In this document: one piece after another, positions 40,202 through 51,014 of the stretch
Layout: the number at the start of each line of letters is the position of its first letter
Numbering within the stretch: position 1 is the first letter of the stretch
Assembly: GCA_963716475.1 (NCBI GenBank)
Contig: OY970314.1
Span: forward strand, 500,790 to 564,789
DNA length: 64,000 bases
Direction of reading: 5' to 3'
From: Candidatus Woesebacteria bacterium
GTDB lineage: Bacteria > Patescibacteriota > Microgenomatia > UBA8517
The notes under the pieces: generated by a model
The model's input: only the letters and a program-made list of their open reading frames with translations
Told to the model about the DNA's origin: nothing
Database searches by the model: none
Position numbers and translations under genes: made by a program

Positions 40202-40359
40202 TTCTAATTTCCCTAATTACGCAAATTCATTGTATTTACGAATCTCACAAACACAACGTTACTGTACTCAGGACCAATCGGCCTCATCGCTAAATTCGGT
40301 CAAGCCAATCCTCGCAATCTAAACCATTTCAAGTATAATAGGCCGTAAACCTAAACTAA

Positions 40360-41460
40360 ATGACTAACATTTTCCAGAAATTGTACCATAAAGACTTACA
40401 AAAAACCTATCGGGGCTTCACGGCTTCGGACGGGGATGTGGTTTTGGACAATGTTATCGGAGACATCCCCGATCTTCAAACCTATTTTGAAAACCTAAGG
40501 GAGAATGTCTTACCGGATAGCAAAATCCTGATTTCCTACCACAACCCGTCCTGGGAGCCGGTTTTGACTCTTGCTTCAAAACTGGGGCTCAGAAGGAATG
40601 TTGGGATTCAAAATTGGTTAGACCTGAACGATTTGAAAAACATTCTAAATCTTTCGGGATTTGAGGTGATAAGGTCACAAAAAAGATTTTTCGGTATCAC
40701 AACCATTACTATCGTCCGCCCAATCAACTATCAACCATCAACCATTACCCATCAATATAGTGTATCTATCGTGATCCCCGCTCGTAATGAGGAAGGGAAT
40801 ATTCCAAAAATTCTACCTAGTATTCCCAAATTTGGTAAATCGCAGGAGATAATTTTTGTGGAAGGGCATTCAAAAGATAATACATGGGGTAAAATCCAAA
40901 AGACTGCTTCAAAAAAATATCCAAAAAACATTTCGGTCATCGGTCTTAAACAAACAGGCAGGGGAAAGGCGGATGCTACCTGGCTCGGACTTTCAAAAGC
41001 AACCGGAGATATCTTAATGATCTATGATGCCGACCGGACGGTTGACGCTAAAGATCTTCCCAAATTTTATAACGTTCTGGCTAAAGGAATTGGAGAGTTT
41101 GCCAACGGAAGCCGTATGGTTTATCCGATGGAACAGGATGCTATGCAGGCTCTAAACAAAATCGGAAATCAAATGTTCAGCCGGCTGTTTACTTGGATTT
41201 TGGGACAGCATTTCAAAGACACACTTTGCGGAACCAAAGCTTTCTTCCGGAAAGATTTTCAAAAGTTCAGGCGTTCAAAAACCGATCCTTTCGGGGATTT
41301 TGACCTGATTTTCGGGGCTGTCAGAAATAGTCTTAAAGTAATTGAAATACCTGTTCGGTATAAAGAGCGGGTTTACGGATCAACCAACATAAATAGATTC
41401 CGTCACGGGTTACTTCTTGCCAAAATGGCAATTCTTGCCTTTAAGGAATTTAGGACTTAA
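40360..41460 (+). CDS. GT2 glycosyltransferase (polyprenyl-phosphate-sugar synthase-like) with a degenerate N-terminal methyltransferase-derived domain
   Basis: VSIVIPARNEEGNI, VEGHSKD, GKADA, YDAD, GSR, DTLCGTK, DPFGDFDL, EIPVRY; the N-terminal part has WEP/QNWL motifs but no GxGxG. Confidence 0.85.
   Translation: MTNIFQKLYHKDLQKTYRGFTASDGDVVLDNVIGDIPDLQTYFENLRENVLPDSKILISYHNPSWEPVLTLASKLGLRRNVGIQNWLDLNDLKNILNLSGFEVIRSQKRFFGITTITIVRPINYQPSTITHQYSVSIVIPARNEEGNIPKILPSIPKFGKSQEIIFVEGHSKDNTWGKIQKTASKKYPKNISVIGLKQTGRGKADATWLGLSKATGDILMIYDADRTVDAKDLPKFYNVLAKGIGEFANGSRMVYPMEQDAMQALNKIGNQMFSRLFTWILGQHFKDTLCGTKAFFRKDFQKFRRSKTDPFGDFDLIFGAVRNSLKVIEIPVRYKERVYGSTNINRFRHGLLLAKMAILAFKEFRT
40721..40755. 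repeat. Imperfect 7-bp tandem repeat (5 units) in the interdomain linker
   Basis: caatcaa ctatcaa ccatcaa ccattac ccatcaa (encodes INYQPSTITHQ). Confidence 0.75.
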
Positions 41461-42131
41461 CGGCGACGAAGTACTCAATAAAAGCTAGGTTTTTGAAATA
41501 TTTCTCCAAATACTTATTCGCAAAGTCTGTAATCACTGGGATTTTAACTGGGATTAGAAGTCCGAAGTCGTGTTTGACGAGTCTTAATTTTGAATTTTTA
41601 TCACGAAGTGTCGTTTCTATCATTAACTTTAAATCATTAAACGCTACACGTTTGTGTGGCCCTTCTTTCATTTTCCAACCCAATTTTTCCCAAACAATCA
41701 TAAGCGGTTCCCAAATAGGATTTGCCATTGTGCAAATGAGGATCGTCCCATTATCCATCAACCCGGAGATCTTTCGAAAGGTCTCTTCCGGTTTTTCCAA
41801 ATGCTCGATAACATCACTCATAAAAATATAATCAAACTTTTCTTTCGGCCAAACTGTTGAAAACTGCAAGTTTTTTGAATCTTTGTATTTGAGCCTTGAT
41901 ATTATGATCATCTGACCACTAATATCCGTTCCGTACCCGTATCTTGGATCCAATGAGGCCAAAAGGTCTCCCTGTTCCACACCCTACTTCAAAAACTTTT
42001 TTGTTTTTCGGAATTAGTTCTCCAAGAAGTTTTTTTAAACTTTCGTAATAGTATGAATACTTTCTCTTGCCATAATCATAGTTTTTCGCTACACGATCGA
42101 AATGTTGCTCGACAGACAAATCTGATTTCAT
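41450..42131 (-). pseudogene. Class I SAM methyltransferase split by a +1 frameshift (pseudogene or consensus error)
   Basis: ORF 41919-42131 ends VFEVGCGTG; ORF 41450-41980 continues DLLASLDP...FDYIFMSDVIEHL; one extra G in GGG at 41970-41972 explains the shift. Confidence 0.85.
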
Positions 42132-42904
42132 ATCACTCCTCCGACAAATCTGCGTCCGTAATTATGAAGCATATGTAAAAATAGAATAATTATATTTCCG
42201 GTATATTTTTTGACAACTTTTTCATCTTCCGAAAGTAATTTTTCCGTCATCGTTTTGGTAATGGTTGAAGGTTCTACCCTAAACCCCGAGAGGTATTTGT
42301 CCGTAACTACGGGCATTTTATGGCTTGTAATTTTCAGCCACAAATCATACTCCGTTACAAAATCGGACGTTCCCGTAAAAGGACCGAATTTTTCCCAAGC
42401 CTTTTTCGTTACAAAAACGGAAGGTTGCATCAGATAGTTGGTTATCAGAAGGTAGATCTTGGAATTTAAAGAAAGAAGAAAATTTTTATAACAAGTAACA
42501 ATCTTTGCGATTTCGCGACCATTTGAATTTATCACCTTTCCCCTGCCCGCAAACCAGAGGGCACTGGAATTTGAAATATACATCTTTGAAATTTCACTTA
42601 AGGCTCCGGACAGATAGACGTCGTCGGCATTGATATAAGTTAAAATATCCCCAGTTGCTTTACCTAACCCTGTATTTATTGCGTCAAGTTGTCCTTTGTC
42701 TTTTCTTGATTCGAATTTAATGACTTTCGGGTATTTTTGTGCACATTCTTGAATTATCCCAAGAGTTCCGTCAGTGGAACCGCCGTCCTGAATAATCACT
42801 TCCAAATTAGAGTATTTCTGATTTACAATCGACTCAAGTGTCTGGCCAATATATTTAACTTTATTAAATGAAGGTATTACTACCGAAATAAGAGGATTCT
42901 GCAT
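42128..42904 (-). CDS. Glycosyltransferase family 2 (WcaE-like)
   Basis: ISVVIPSFN, QDGGSTDGT, DKGQLDAINTG, YINADD, MQPS, EYDLW; probable start ATG 42904. Confidence 0.9.
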   Translation of the reverse strand: MQNPLISVVIPSFNKVKYIGQTLESIVNQKYSNLEVIIQDGGSTDGTLGIIQECAQKYPKVIKFESRKDKGQLDAINTGLGKATGDILTYINADDVYLSGALSEISKMYISNSSALWFAGRGKVINSNGREIAKIVTCYKNFLLSLNSKIYLLITNYLMQPSVFVTKKAWEKFGPFTGTSDFVTEYDLWLKITSHKMPVVTDKYLSGFRVEPSTITKTMTEKLLSEDEKVVKKYTGNIIILFLHMLHNYGRRFVGGVI

Positions 42905-42921
42905 TCTGTAATCTATAATCA

Positions 42922-43257
42922 CTAATCTTTCTTCTTGGTTTTTAGCGCTTCCAGTCTTACCAGCTCTTCCAGTTTTTTCTCAAGCTGCTTGGTTCTAACA
43001 TATGCAACTGCAACCATCGAAATTACCAATATGAAGCCTCCAATGACCATAAGATCAAAAACCCTTGTTACTAAAAAAGTCTTTGCAAACGATTGAAGAA
43101 GTTCCGGAAAAATTATAATGATAATGGCAATCGTCCACATAATGAGCCAGGAAACTATCTCTGTGCCTCCTAATTCCCCTCTTTTAAAGTGAAGAACGGC
43201 AAAATATATCATGCTGAAAGCGAAAAGCAGGGCAATAATTTGTAGTCCGATAATCAT
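42922..43257 (-). CDS. DUF2304 family small membrane protein (GacJ-like)
   Basis: 111 aa, 3 TM, W...W...FPE, C-terminal LEKKLEELVR coiled coil; directly downstream of a DPM1-like GT2. Confidence 0.8.
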   Translation of the reverse strand: MIIGLQIIALLFAFSMIYFAVLHFKRGELGGTEIVSWLIMWTIAIIIIIFPELLQSFAKTFLVTRVFDLMVIGGFILVISMVAVAYVRTKQLEKKLEELVRLEALKTKKKD

Positions 43258-43261
43258 TTTG

Positions 43262-44895
<1,634 letters not shown>

Positions 44896-44906
44896 TTAAA
44901 TGCAAT

Positions 44907-46067
44907 TTAGGCTACCCAGTAGCCTCTTACAAACAACATTATCAAAATGACCCCCAGTGCAGCCGAGATAAAAATAGCCGGCCTGGTATATTTCCTAAAT
45001 TGGATAATCAGGTATGGTAAAAGGAAAACCGTGGGCACAAGAACATACCTTGGCATTGAAGAAAATGTTCCGGTTAGGGTTGCCAAGAGGAGAGCACAAA
45101 TTGAGAAAACCCAGTAGCTTAACCTCATTTTCTTAACAAAAGCTATTAAATATGCCAAAGGAACTAAGGTAAACGTAAATTCCAAAAACGCGTTAAAAAA
45201 CGACAAGGTAAAAATGTTTGTTGTTAAAAAGATTTTTAAATATCTGTAAATAACTTGCGGAAGAAAGATTATACCGTTTCCGATTCTCCCTGCTCCAAAA
45301 ACAGGCTGACTTGTCAAAAAATACAGAGGATCGTTAAATGCCGTTTTCAGGTAGTACATATATATCAAAATTCCCAAAGGAGTTATTAAAGTCCAGATAT
45401 AATTAATCCCTTTCTTACTTTGAAATGCCTCTACCAAATACAACGGAATAAGCAAGACTCCCGTAATCCGGGTAGCAGTAGAAAGCGCGATTAAAACCGC
45501 AGCCCAAAAGAAATTGCCTTTTCTGATTAAATAAACCGAGGAAACTGTCAAAAGCAGAAACAGGCTTTCCGTGTATATCGAGCCAAAGAAGTAGGAGGTC
45601 GGGAATGCCAAAAGAAAAATTACGGACAAAAAAGCAGTATCTTTTTTAAAATCGATATTTATAAGTTTATAGAAAACATACAGAGCGGCTAGGAAAAATA
45701 AATTGGACAGTATTATTCCGGAGTAAAAATAAGCCGGGTCGGTAAAAAGGTTGGTATCAAGATTCGGAACTCTCGGAAACACAAACGAAAATAGTCTGAT
45801 CAAGATGGGGAACAGTGGAAAAAAGGCTTGGGAATATTGAGCCAGGTAGCCGTCCTGAGCGATCCTTAAGTAATGAACCCCGTCAAAGTTCCCAAAACCC
45901 CAAATCCAATTTGGTAAATGGGTAATCTCCAAAACTCTGTCCGCATACGGAAATCTGGCTCCGAAAACCGGTAAAAGATAAATTGACAGGAAAGCCGCTA
46001 TAAAAAGAAGTATTCTCCAACCCAAAAAATACTTAAATATCTTCCAAAATACTTGTTTATCTGTCAT
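44907..46067 (-). CDS. PIG-V-like (Mannosyl_trans2) GT-C mannosyltransferase
   Basis: NFDGVHYLRIAQDGY...AFFPLFP, FPTSYFFGSIYTESLF, TRITG, SMPRY. Confidence 0.85.
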   Translation of the reverse strand: MTDKQVFWKIFKYFLGWRILLFIAAFLSIYLLPVFGARFPYADRVLEITHLPNWIWGFGNFDGVHYLRIAQDGYLAQYSQAFFPLFPILIRLFSFVFPRVPNLDTNLFTDPAYFYSGIILSNLFFLAALYVFYKLINIDFKKDTAFLSVIFLLAFPTSYFFGSIYTESLFLLLTVSSVYLIRKGNFFWAAVLIALSTATRITGVLLIPLYLVEAFQSKKGINYIWTLITPLGILIYMYYLKTAFNDPLYFLTSQPVFGAGRIGNGIIFLPQVIYRYLKIFLTTNIFTLSFFNAFLEFTFTLVPLAYLIAFVKKMRLSYWVFSICALLLATLTGTFSSMPRYVLVPTVFLLPYLIIQFRKYTRPAIFISAALGVILIMLFVRGYWVA

Positions 46068-47545
46068 GTTTTTGATTGTATAACATCCTTTTTGGAAAAC
46101 AGATAGAGTTCGTCGGCAAACTTGATTAACTTATACTTTGAATCTTTAAGCAAAAGGTTTTTAAGTTGTATCGCCTCCTCAAACGTTATCGGGAAAAAAC
46201 CGTCTCCTTCCTGTCCCGGGGTCAGATTCAGGACTACATAATCAGGGTTAATTACCTGATAATCCAACCTAAGTAAAACCACCTGCCCGTGGGTAAACCT
46301 GGTAGCCAAGGCATTTTGAGTCATAACTAAGCCGTCACGGGGTGTTTTCTGAATGATATTATCCAGGTATTTAACCCCCGCATTTTGTGCGTAAAATGCA
46401 GGATTATAGGCAAGACCCAAAGGACCCCTCAAGACAAATCTGTGTAGGACAAATACGGTCAGCATCAGAAAAATTGCATAATAGGTAATTACCTTTTTGT
46501 GCTTGATTGCTTTTTCAATTTTAATTAAAGGGTATAGTGCACCCATAAACATAAGGGGTGACAAGGTGGCACTATAATGCATTCCCAAGTCCCATCCTCT
46601 GGGTACAGCCGAAAAAAATCTTTCGAAGAAATTTTCGAAAATTGCCGGCAGAAGTGAAATTTCGGATAGCGGTAAAAAACCAAAACTCAAAAATGAATAG
46701 AAATAGGTCTTCAATTTAATTGATGGGGAGATAAACCTCTGAATAAAATCCCCCGCCGAGGAAACAGGCGCCGTTTGATAGAAATACACACCACCGGAAA
46801 AATAGGGAATAATATATTTAACTGCGGTAACGCCCCATAAAATACTGAGAGCTATCGTTATTAATGAAAATTTCCAATTGGCTCTGCTTTTTATTAAAAG
46901 AAAAATTCCCATAGCAATTCCCAAACCTGCAAATGATTCTTTAAAACCCAAAGTTATTACCAAAAACAGGAAATATAACAACCATTTCTTTTTAGATACC
47001 GCCCAAAACATCAACATAACCGGAAGCACGGCCACGGTGGTGTCATGAAAATCGGTGATAACGGCATTTTGCAAACCTACAAAGCCCAGATAAGCAAATA
47101 CTAAACTAAATACGGCAATTTTATTTTTAAGAAATTTATCGGCTAATTTAAAGGCAATAATTGCAGAAATACTTACACATAGTGTCTGGGCTACAAGAAT
47201 AATTTCCTGCCTATCGGTCAGCCAATATAATGGACTAAATAGAAAAATGCTGGGGTTGAAATGATCGGCAAATATCATCTTCATGGTATTTCCAAAATAG
47301 AAATGATAAACCAGGGGAGCTTTAAGTTGAGAAACTTTCCAAATGGCGGTATCAAAAATACCAAAATCAAAATATCCTGTTTGATATTGCCAATGCCGAT
47401 TTAAGGATACGGATAAAGCCGCCAAAGTCCACACAAAAATGAAAACGTAAGTTATTAAGGAGATATGCTTTTCAACCTTATTTGAAAATAAAGAAATAAA
47501 TCTCAAAAACGATAATTTACAGTTTTTTAAAAAATTATTTTTCAC
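46064..47545 (-). CDS. DUF2079 domain membrane protein (putative GT-C)
   Basis: FDFGIFDTAIW...ADHFNP, DFH, FKES, HYSA. Confidence 0.82.
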   Translation of the reverse strand: MKNNFLKNCKLSFLRFISLFSNKVEKHISLITYVFIFVWTLAALSVSLNRHWQYQTGYFDFGIFDTAIWKVSQLKAPLVYHFYFGNTMKMIFADHFNPSIFLFSPLYWLTDRQEIILVAQTLCVSISAIIAFKLADKFLKNKIAVFSLVFAYLGFVGLQNAVITDFHDTTVAVLPVMLMFWAVSKKKWLLYFLFLVITLGFKESFAGLGIAMGIFLLIKSRANWKFSLITIALSILWGVTAVKYIIPYFSGGVYFYQTAPVSSAGDFIQRFISPSIKLKTYFYSFLSFGFLPLSEISLLPAIFENFFERFFSAVPRGWDLGMHYSATLSPLMFMGALYPLIKIEKAIKHKKVITYYAIFLMLTVFVLHRFVLRGPLGLAYNPAFYAQNAGVKYLDNIIQKTPRDGLVMTQNALATRFTHGQVVLLRLDYQVINPDYVVLNLTPGQEGDGFFPITFEEAIQLKNLLLKDSKYKLIKFADELYLFSKKDVIQSKT

Positions 47546-48554
47546 CCGAGATTATTTTATATATTTCCAATGTATCTTTAGAGGTCTTATCCCAGGAATA
47601 GTCCCTTGGAAGTTTTTTATTAATATTTGGGTTTAAAATAGCTTTTGCCATTGATTTTATGTCATTTGGGTCACAGTAAGAGAAATCATCTCCCATAACC
47701 TCCACCAGACATTGAGACCTGGCTATTGCTACCGGTGTACCACAAGCAACTGCCTCAACGGCCGGGAGGCCGAAACCTTCGTAAAAAGAGGGTTGAACAT
47801 ACACCGTCGCCAAATTATATATCGCAGCCAAATCCTCATCCGGAATAAACCCCGGCCGGATTGTGTTTGTCCAATCAACATCTTTGAGATGCTTAAGCTC
47901 GGCGTGGCGCAAATCGCTGTTTTCGATTCCTTTGGCTTGCTTACCGCAAATTACCAACGGCATTTTTGCAATTCTGCAGGCTGCGACCATTCCCGGAATA
48001 TTCTTGTTGTAATTAACATCACCGACATACAAAGCAAAACGGTCAGGAAGGGTATACTTCTCTTTAGCTGCAATTAGTAAATCACGATTAGCTATTGGTT
48101 CAAAAACGGTACGGGGAGCAAGATAAATTACATACACTTTTCTTGGGTCCACCCCCAAAAATCTGCAAATATCCTTTTTGGAAGTTTCTGAAATCGTGAT
48201 AATCGCATCTACATTTTTCCTAACCATTTCTTTATTTTTCAAAAAATTAACTTTACCTCTCACGCCGGAAGGGTAATGCTTGGGGTAAATTAAAGGAATC
48301 AAATCGTGTATCGTCAGGATAACTTTGGCTTTAGGTTTGTCGGAAGGTAAATCCGTAAAAAATGGTCTGAAATATTGAAAGTGGACAACGTCAAATCCTA
48401 AAAAACCTCTTTTTGAAAAATCAAACTCGTATATTTGTATATCCTTATGTGGAACAAGTTTAAATCCCTGCAAAAGCTCCCTGGTATTCACTCCGATCCC
48501 CCTGACAGCGTGCCCCGAAGTTAAGGGGCCTGAATCAACTGCAACCTTAAGCAT
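47535..48554 (-). CDS. Glycosyltransferase family 4 (MtfB-like)
   Basis: RGIGVN, TIHDLIP, NKN, EGFGLPAVEAVACGTP; start ATG 48554 (the longer track start includes the -10 box). Confidence 0.9.
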   Translation of the reverse strand: MLKVAVDSGPLTSGHAVRGIGVNTRELLQGFKLVPHKDIQIYEFDFSKRGFLGFDVVHFQYFRPFFTDLPSDKPKAKVILTIHDLIPLIYPKHYPSGVRGKVNFLKNKEMVRKNVDAIITISETSKKDICRFLGVDPRKVYVIYLAPRTVFEPIANRDLLIAAKEKYTLPDRFALYVGDVNYNKNIPGMVAACRIAKMPLVICGKQAKGIENSDLRHAELKHLKDVDWTNTIRPGFIPDEDLAAIYNLATVYVQPSFYEGFGLPAVEAVACGTPVAIARSQCLVEVMGDDFSYCDPNDIKSMAKAILNPNINKKLPRDYSWDKTSKDTLEIYKIISGEK

Positions 48555-48560
48555 GTTTAA

Positions 48561-48566
48561 ATTATA
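48561..48566 (-). promoter_or_regulatory. -10 box TATAAT 6 nt upstream of ATG 48554 (leaderless-type)
   Basis: Minus strand tatgTATAATttaaacATG, in a divergent intergenic region. Confidence 0.55.
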
Positions 48567-48619
48567 CATAATTACTTACTTTACACATAATTAGCCGTTA
48601 TACTATTTAGAACCGCCTA

Positions 48620-49348
48620 ATGTTATTCGGAATGATCAATAAATCAAAACATTTTGAAAATTACTTATATTTACTTGTTCTTTCCTTAGCCAATTTTTGG
48701 ATCTGGCAAATTTATTCAAATAATTTTATTCTCGGGATTATTTTATTAGCAATTGAACTTGGGCTTTTCGTTCTAATCACAAAAAAGGATTTGAAAAGAA
48801 ATTGCATATTCACTATTTTCATATCGGTTTTGCTCCTATTGGTTCTTGGCGTCATTCTTTTAATGGGTGAGTTTGACAACACCTTATTAACCACCTCTCC
48901 AACCGAAACAAGTATTCTTAACCAACGGCATGGTTATTTAGCTGAAGGTTTAGGAAAAATCTTTACTAATAAGTACGTTCTGCATTTCTACAAGCTACAA
49001 GAATATGGCACGGCTACCGGAAAGTATTTACAAAATGTTTTTTATAGCCTAGACCCAAATCTATACTTTTTCCGAAGCCACCCAAGAGAGAAAGCCGGGA
49101 TTGACGAATACAATAAATACTCCCCCATCGTTTTACCTCTTTTTGTAATAGGCGTTTTATTTTTAACAATTAACTACCATAAATATAAATTTTTGGTTTT
49201 ATATTCCATACCGGCAATATTATTTACGGGTTTCATCAGTCCCAAGTACAAACTTGGTCCACTGCTAATGTTTCCGCTTATAAATATAATCCTTTATCTG
49301 GGACTTATTGCGGTCATATCGAAAGTCAGACCATTATTTAAAAAGTGA
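48620..49348 (+). CDS. Hypothetical membrane protein resembling the central/C-terminal part of the GT-C paralogues
   Basis: ~6 TM; ILNQRHG..IFTNK..YLQNVFYSLDPNLYFF; overlaps the start of the downstream GT-C gene. Confidence 0.7.
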   Translation: MLFGMINKSKHFENYLYLLVLSLANFWIWQIYSNNFILGIILLAIELGLFVLITKKDLKRNCIFTIFISVLLLLVLGVILLMGEFDNTLLTTSPTETSILNQRHGYLAEGLGKIFTNKYVLHFYKLQEYGTATGKYLQNVFYSLDPNLYFFRSHPREKAGIDEYNKYSPIVLPLFVIGVLFLTINYHKYKFLVLYSIPAILFTGFISPKYKLGPLLMFPLINIILYLGLIAVISKVRPLFKK

Positions 49349-51003
49349 AAACAAAAAAAATATTTCTACTGATATTATTTGTCATTATTTTATGTGCCGC
49401 CTGCTTCGTCAGGTTATACAAACTTGGGGAAATTCCGGCCGGGGCCTACCTTGACGAGGCTTCGCTGGGATACAATGCCTATTCGCTATTATTAACAGGC
49501 AGAGACGAATTTGGCAAAAATTGGCCGATATATTTTAGAGCTTTTTCGACCTTCCAAGACTCACTTTACGGCTATTTTAGTATTATTCCTGTTTATTTTC
49601 TTGGTTTAAGTATTTTCTCAACACGATTGGTATCGGTAATTTCGGGGTCAATTGTTGTTCTGATTACTTTTTTACTTTTTTATTACTCGGATCTCAAAAA
49701 TAAGTTAAGTCTGGCGCTTCTTGCCGGCCTTACGGTAGCATTTACACCTTGGGCGATCTACCAAAGCCGCGTGGCTGTTGGATCTAATTTAGGCTTGGCT
49801 TTAACAGCCATTAGCATCTTATTATTATTTTTATCCCTGAAAAGGGAATGGTTTTTTGTGCCCGCTTGTGCCTTTTTTGGGATTGCTTCTTATGCTTACG
49901 CCGGCCAGCGAATTACGGGCATATTATTTCCGATTGTCTTCGTACTAATTAATAGGAAAATATTTTCGCAATCTAAGAAGCTGGTCGTGATTGGTTTTGC
50001 GCTCTTAATACTTATTATGCTGCCGCAATTTATGGCACTATCTCACACGGGTTCATTAGTCAGATACCAAACACAAGGTTATACGCAAGAAAGTACTTTT
50101 CTGAAAAATGGAGATTCTTTAGTCAAATTACCGATTTTTGTAGGTTGGCCTTTGTATATAGTTAGGCAATTCACAAGTCAGTATCTTTCCGACTTTTCTC
50201 CCAGAAGCCTATTCTTTGAGCCGGAACCGCAACTTGTTAGATCTATTCCGGGCTTAAGTGTTTTCTATGTCTGGATGATTATTCCTTTCTTTATCGGTTT
50301 CGCCCGATTATGGAAAGAAAAATCAAATCCCTTAATACAAATCATATTTCTATTGATGATTATCGGACCTTTGCCGGAAGCTTTAACAGGTGACCCTTTC
50401 TATACCTTAAGGATGCTGCCCGGCTTATGGGGAATGACACTACTGGTGTCGTTCGGTATTTATGCCATCTTTGACAAGTTCAAACATAACTATGCAAAAA
50501 TCCTGTTGGCGGCATTTCTGATTGCTATTTCCGGTCTTAATTTTTATATAAGCTACTTTATTTTATTAAAACATGAACGTTCCGTATATTTCGGCTACCC
50601 TTTCCAGGTCCTGGCGGAAATTACGGAAGAAAACAAAAGTCAGACGTTTGTTTTGGATTCTGAGATTTATGACGCTCCTTATATCTGGATGGCTTTTTAT
50701 AAAAAATATGATCCTGTGGAATTGCAAGCTCAAACACCACCAGGCTTACTTAATCACTATTATGACGATTTGACTTTTTACAAATATAGAACGATCGGTA
50801 ATGTGGAAGTAAGAAAGATAAATTGGGGCGTTGACCAATGTAAAGACGAATATCTGGTTGGTGATATAACAGCTATATCTGACACTCAGGCCAAAGAACA
50901 CAAATTTACTCTTATTAGAGAAGTTAAAGATTTAACAGGAAAAACCATACTCTGGATTTATCGCACTAATCCCCAGCCGGAGTGCATCAATACTACAGAC
51001 TAG
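49345..51003 (+). CDS. GT-C fold glycosyltransferase (ArnT/PMT family, DE-motif paralogue)
   Basis: RLYKLGEIPAGAYLDEASLGYNAYSLLLTGRDEFG, TPWAIYQSR, FSPRSLFF. Confidence 0.85.
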   Translation: MKTKKIFLLILFVIILCAACFVRLYKLGEIPAGAYLDEASLGYNAYSLLLTGRDEFGKNWPIYFRAFSTFQDSLYGYFSIIPVYFLGLSIFSTRLVSVISGSIVVLITFLLFYYSDLKNKLSLALLAGLTVAFTPWAIYQSRVAVGSNLGLALTAISILLLFLSLKREWFFVPACAFFGIASYAYAGQRITGILFPIVFVLINRKIFSQSKKLVVIGFALLILIMLPQFMALSHTGSLVRYQTQGYTQESTFLKNGDSLVKLPIFVGWPLYIVRQFTSQYLSDFSPRSLFFEPEPQLVRSIPGLSVFYVWMIIPFFIGFARLWKEKSNPLIQIIFLLMIIGPLPEALTGDPFYTLRMLPGLWGMTLLVSFGIYAIFDKFKHNYAKILLAAFLIAISGLNFYISYFILLKHERSVYFGYPFQVLAEITEENKSQTFVLDSEIYDAPYIWMAFYKKYDPVELQAQTPPGLLNHYYDDLTFYKYRTIGNVEVRKINWGVDQCKDEYLVGDITAISDTQAKEHKFTLIREVKDLTGKTILWIYRTNPQPECINTTD

Positions 51004-51014
51004 AACAAATATTT

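Noticed and set aside
28380-40330. Calling the AT-rich region a mobile element
   Set aside because: No intact integrase or transposase, tRNA target or flanking direct repeats seen; reported only as a compositional island.
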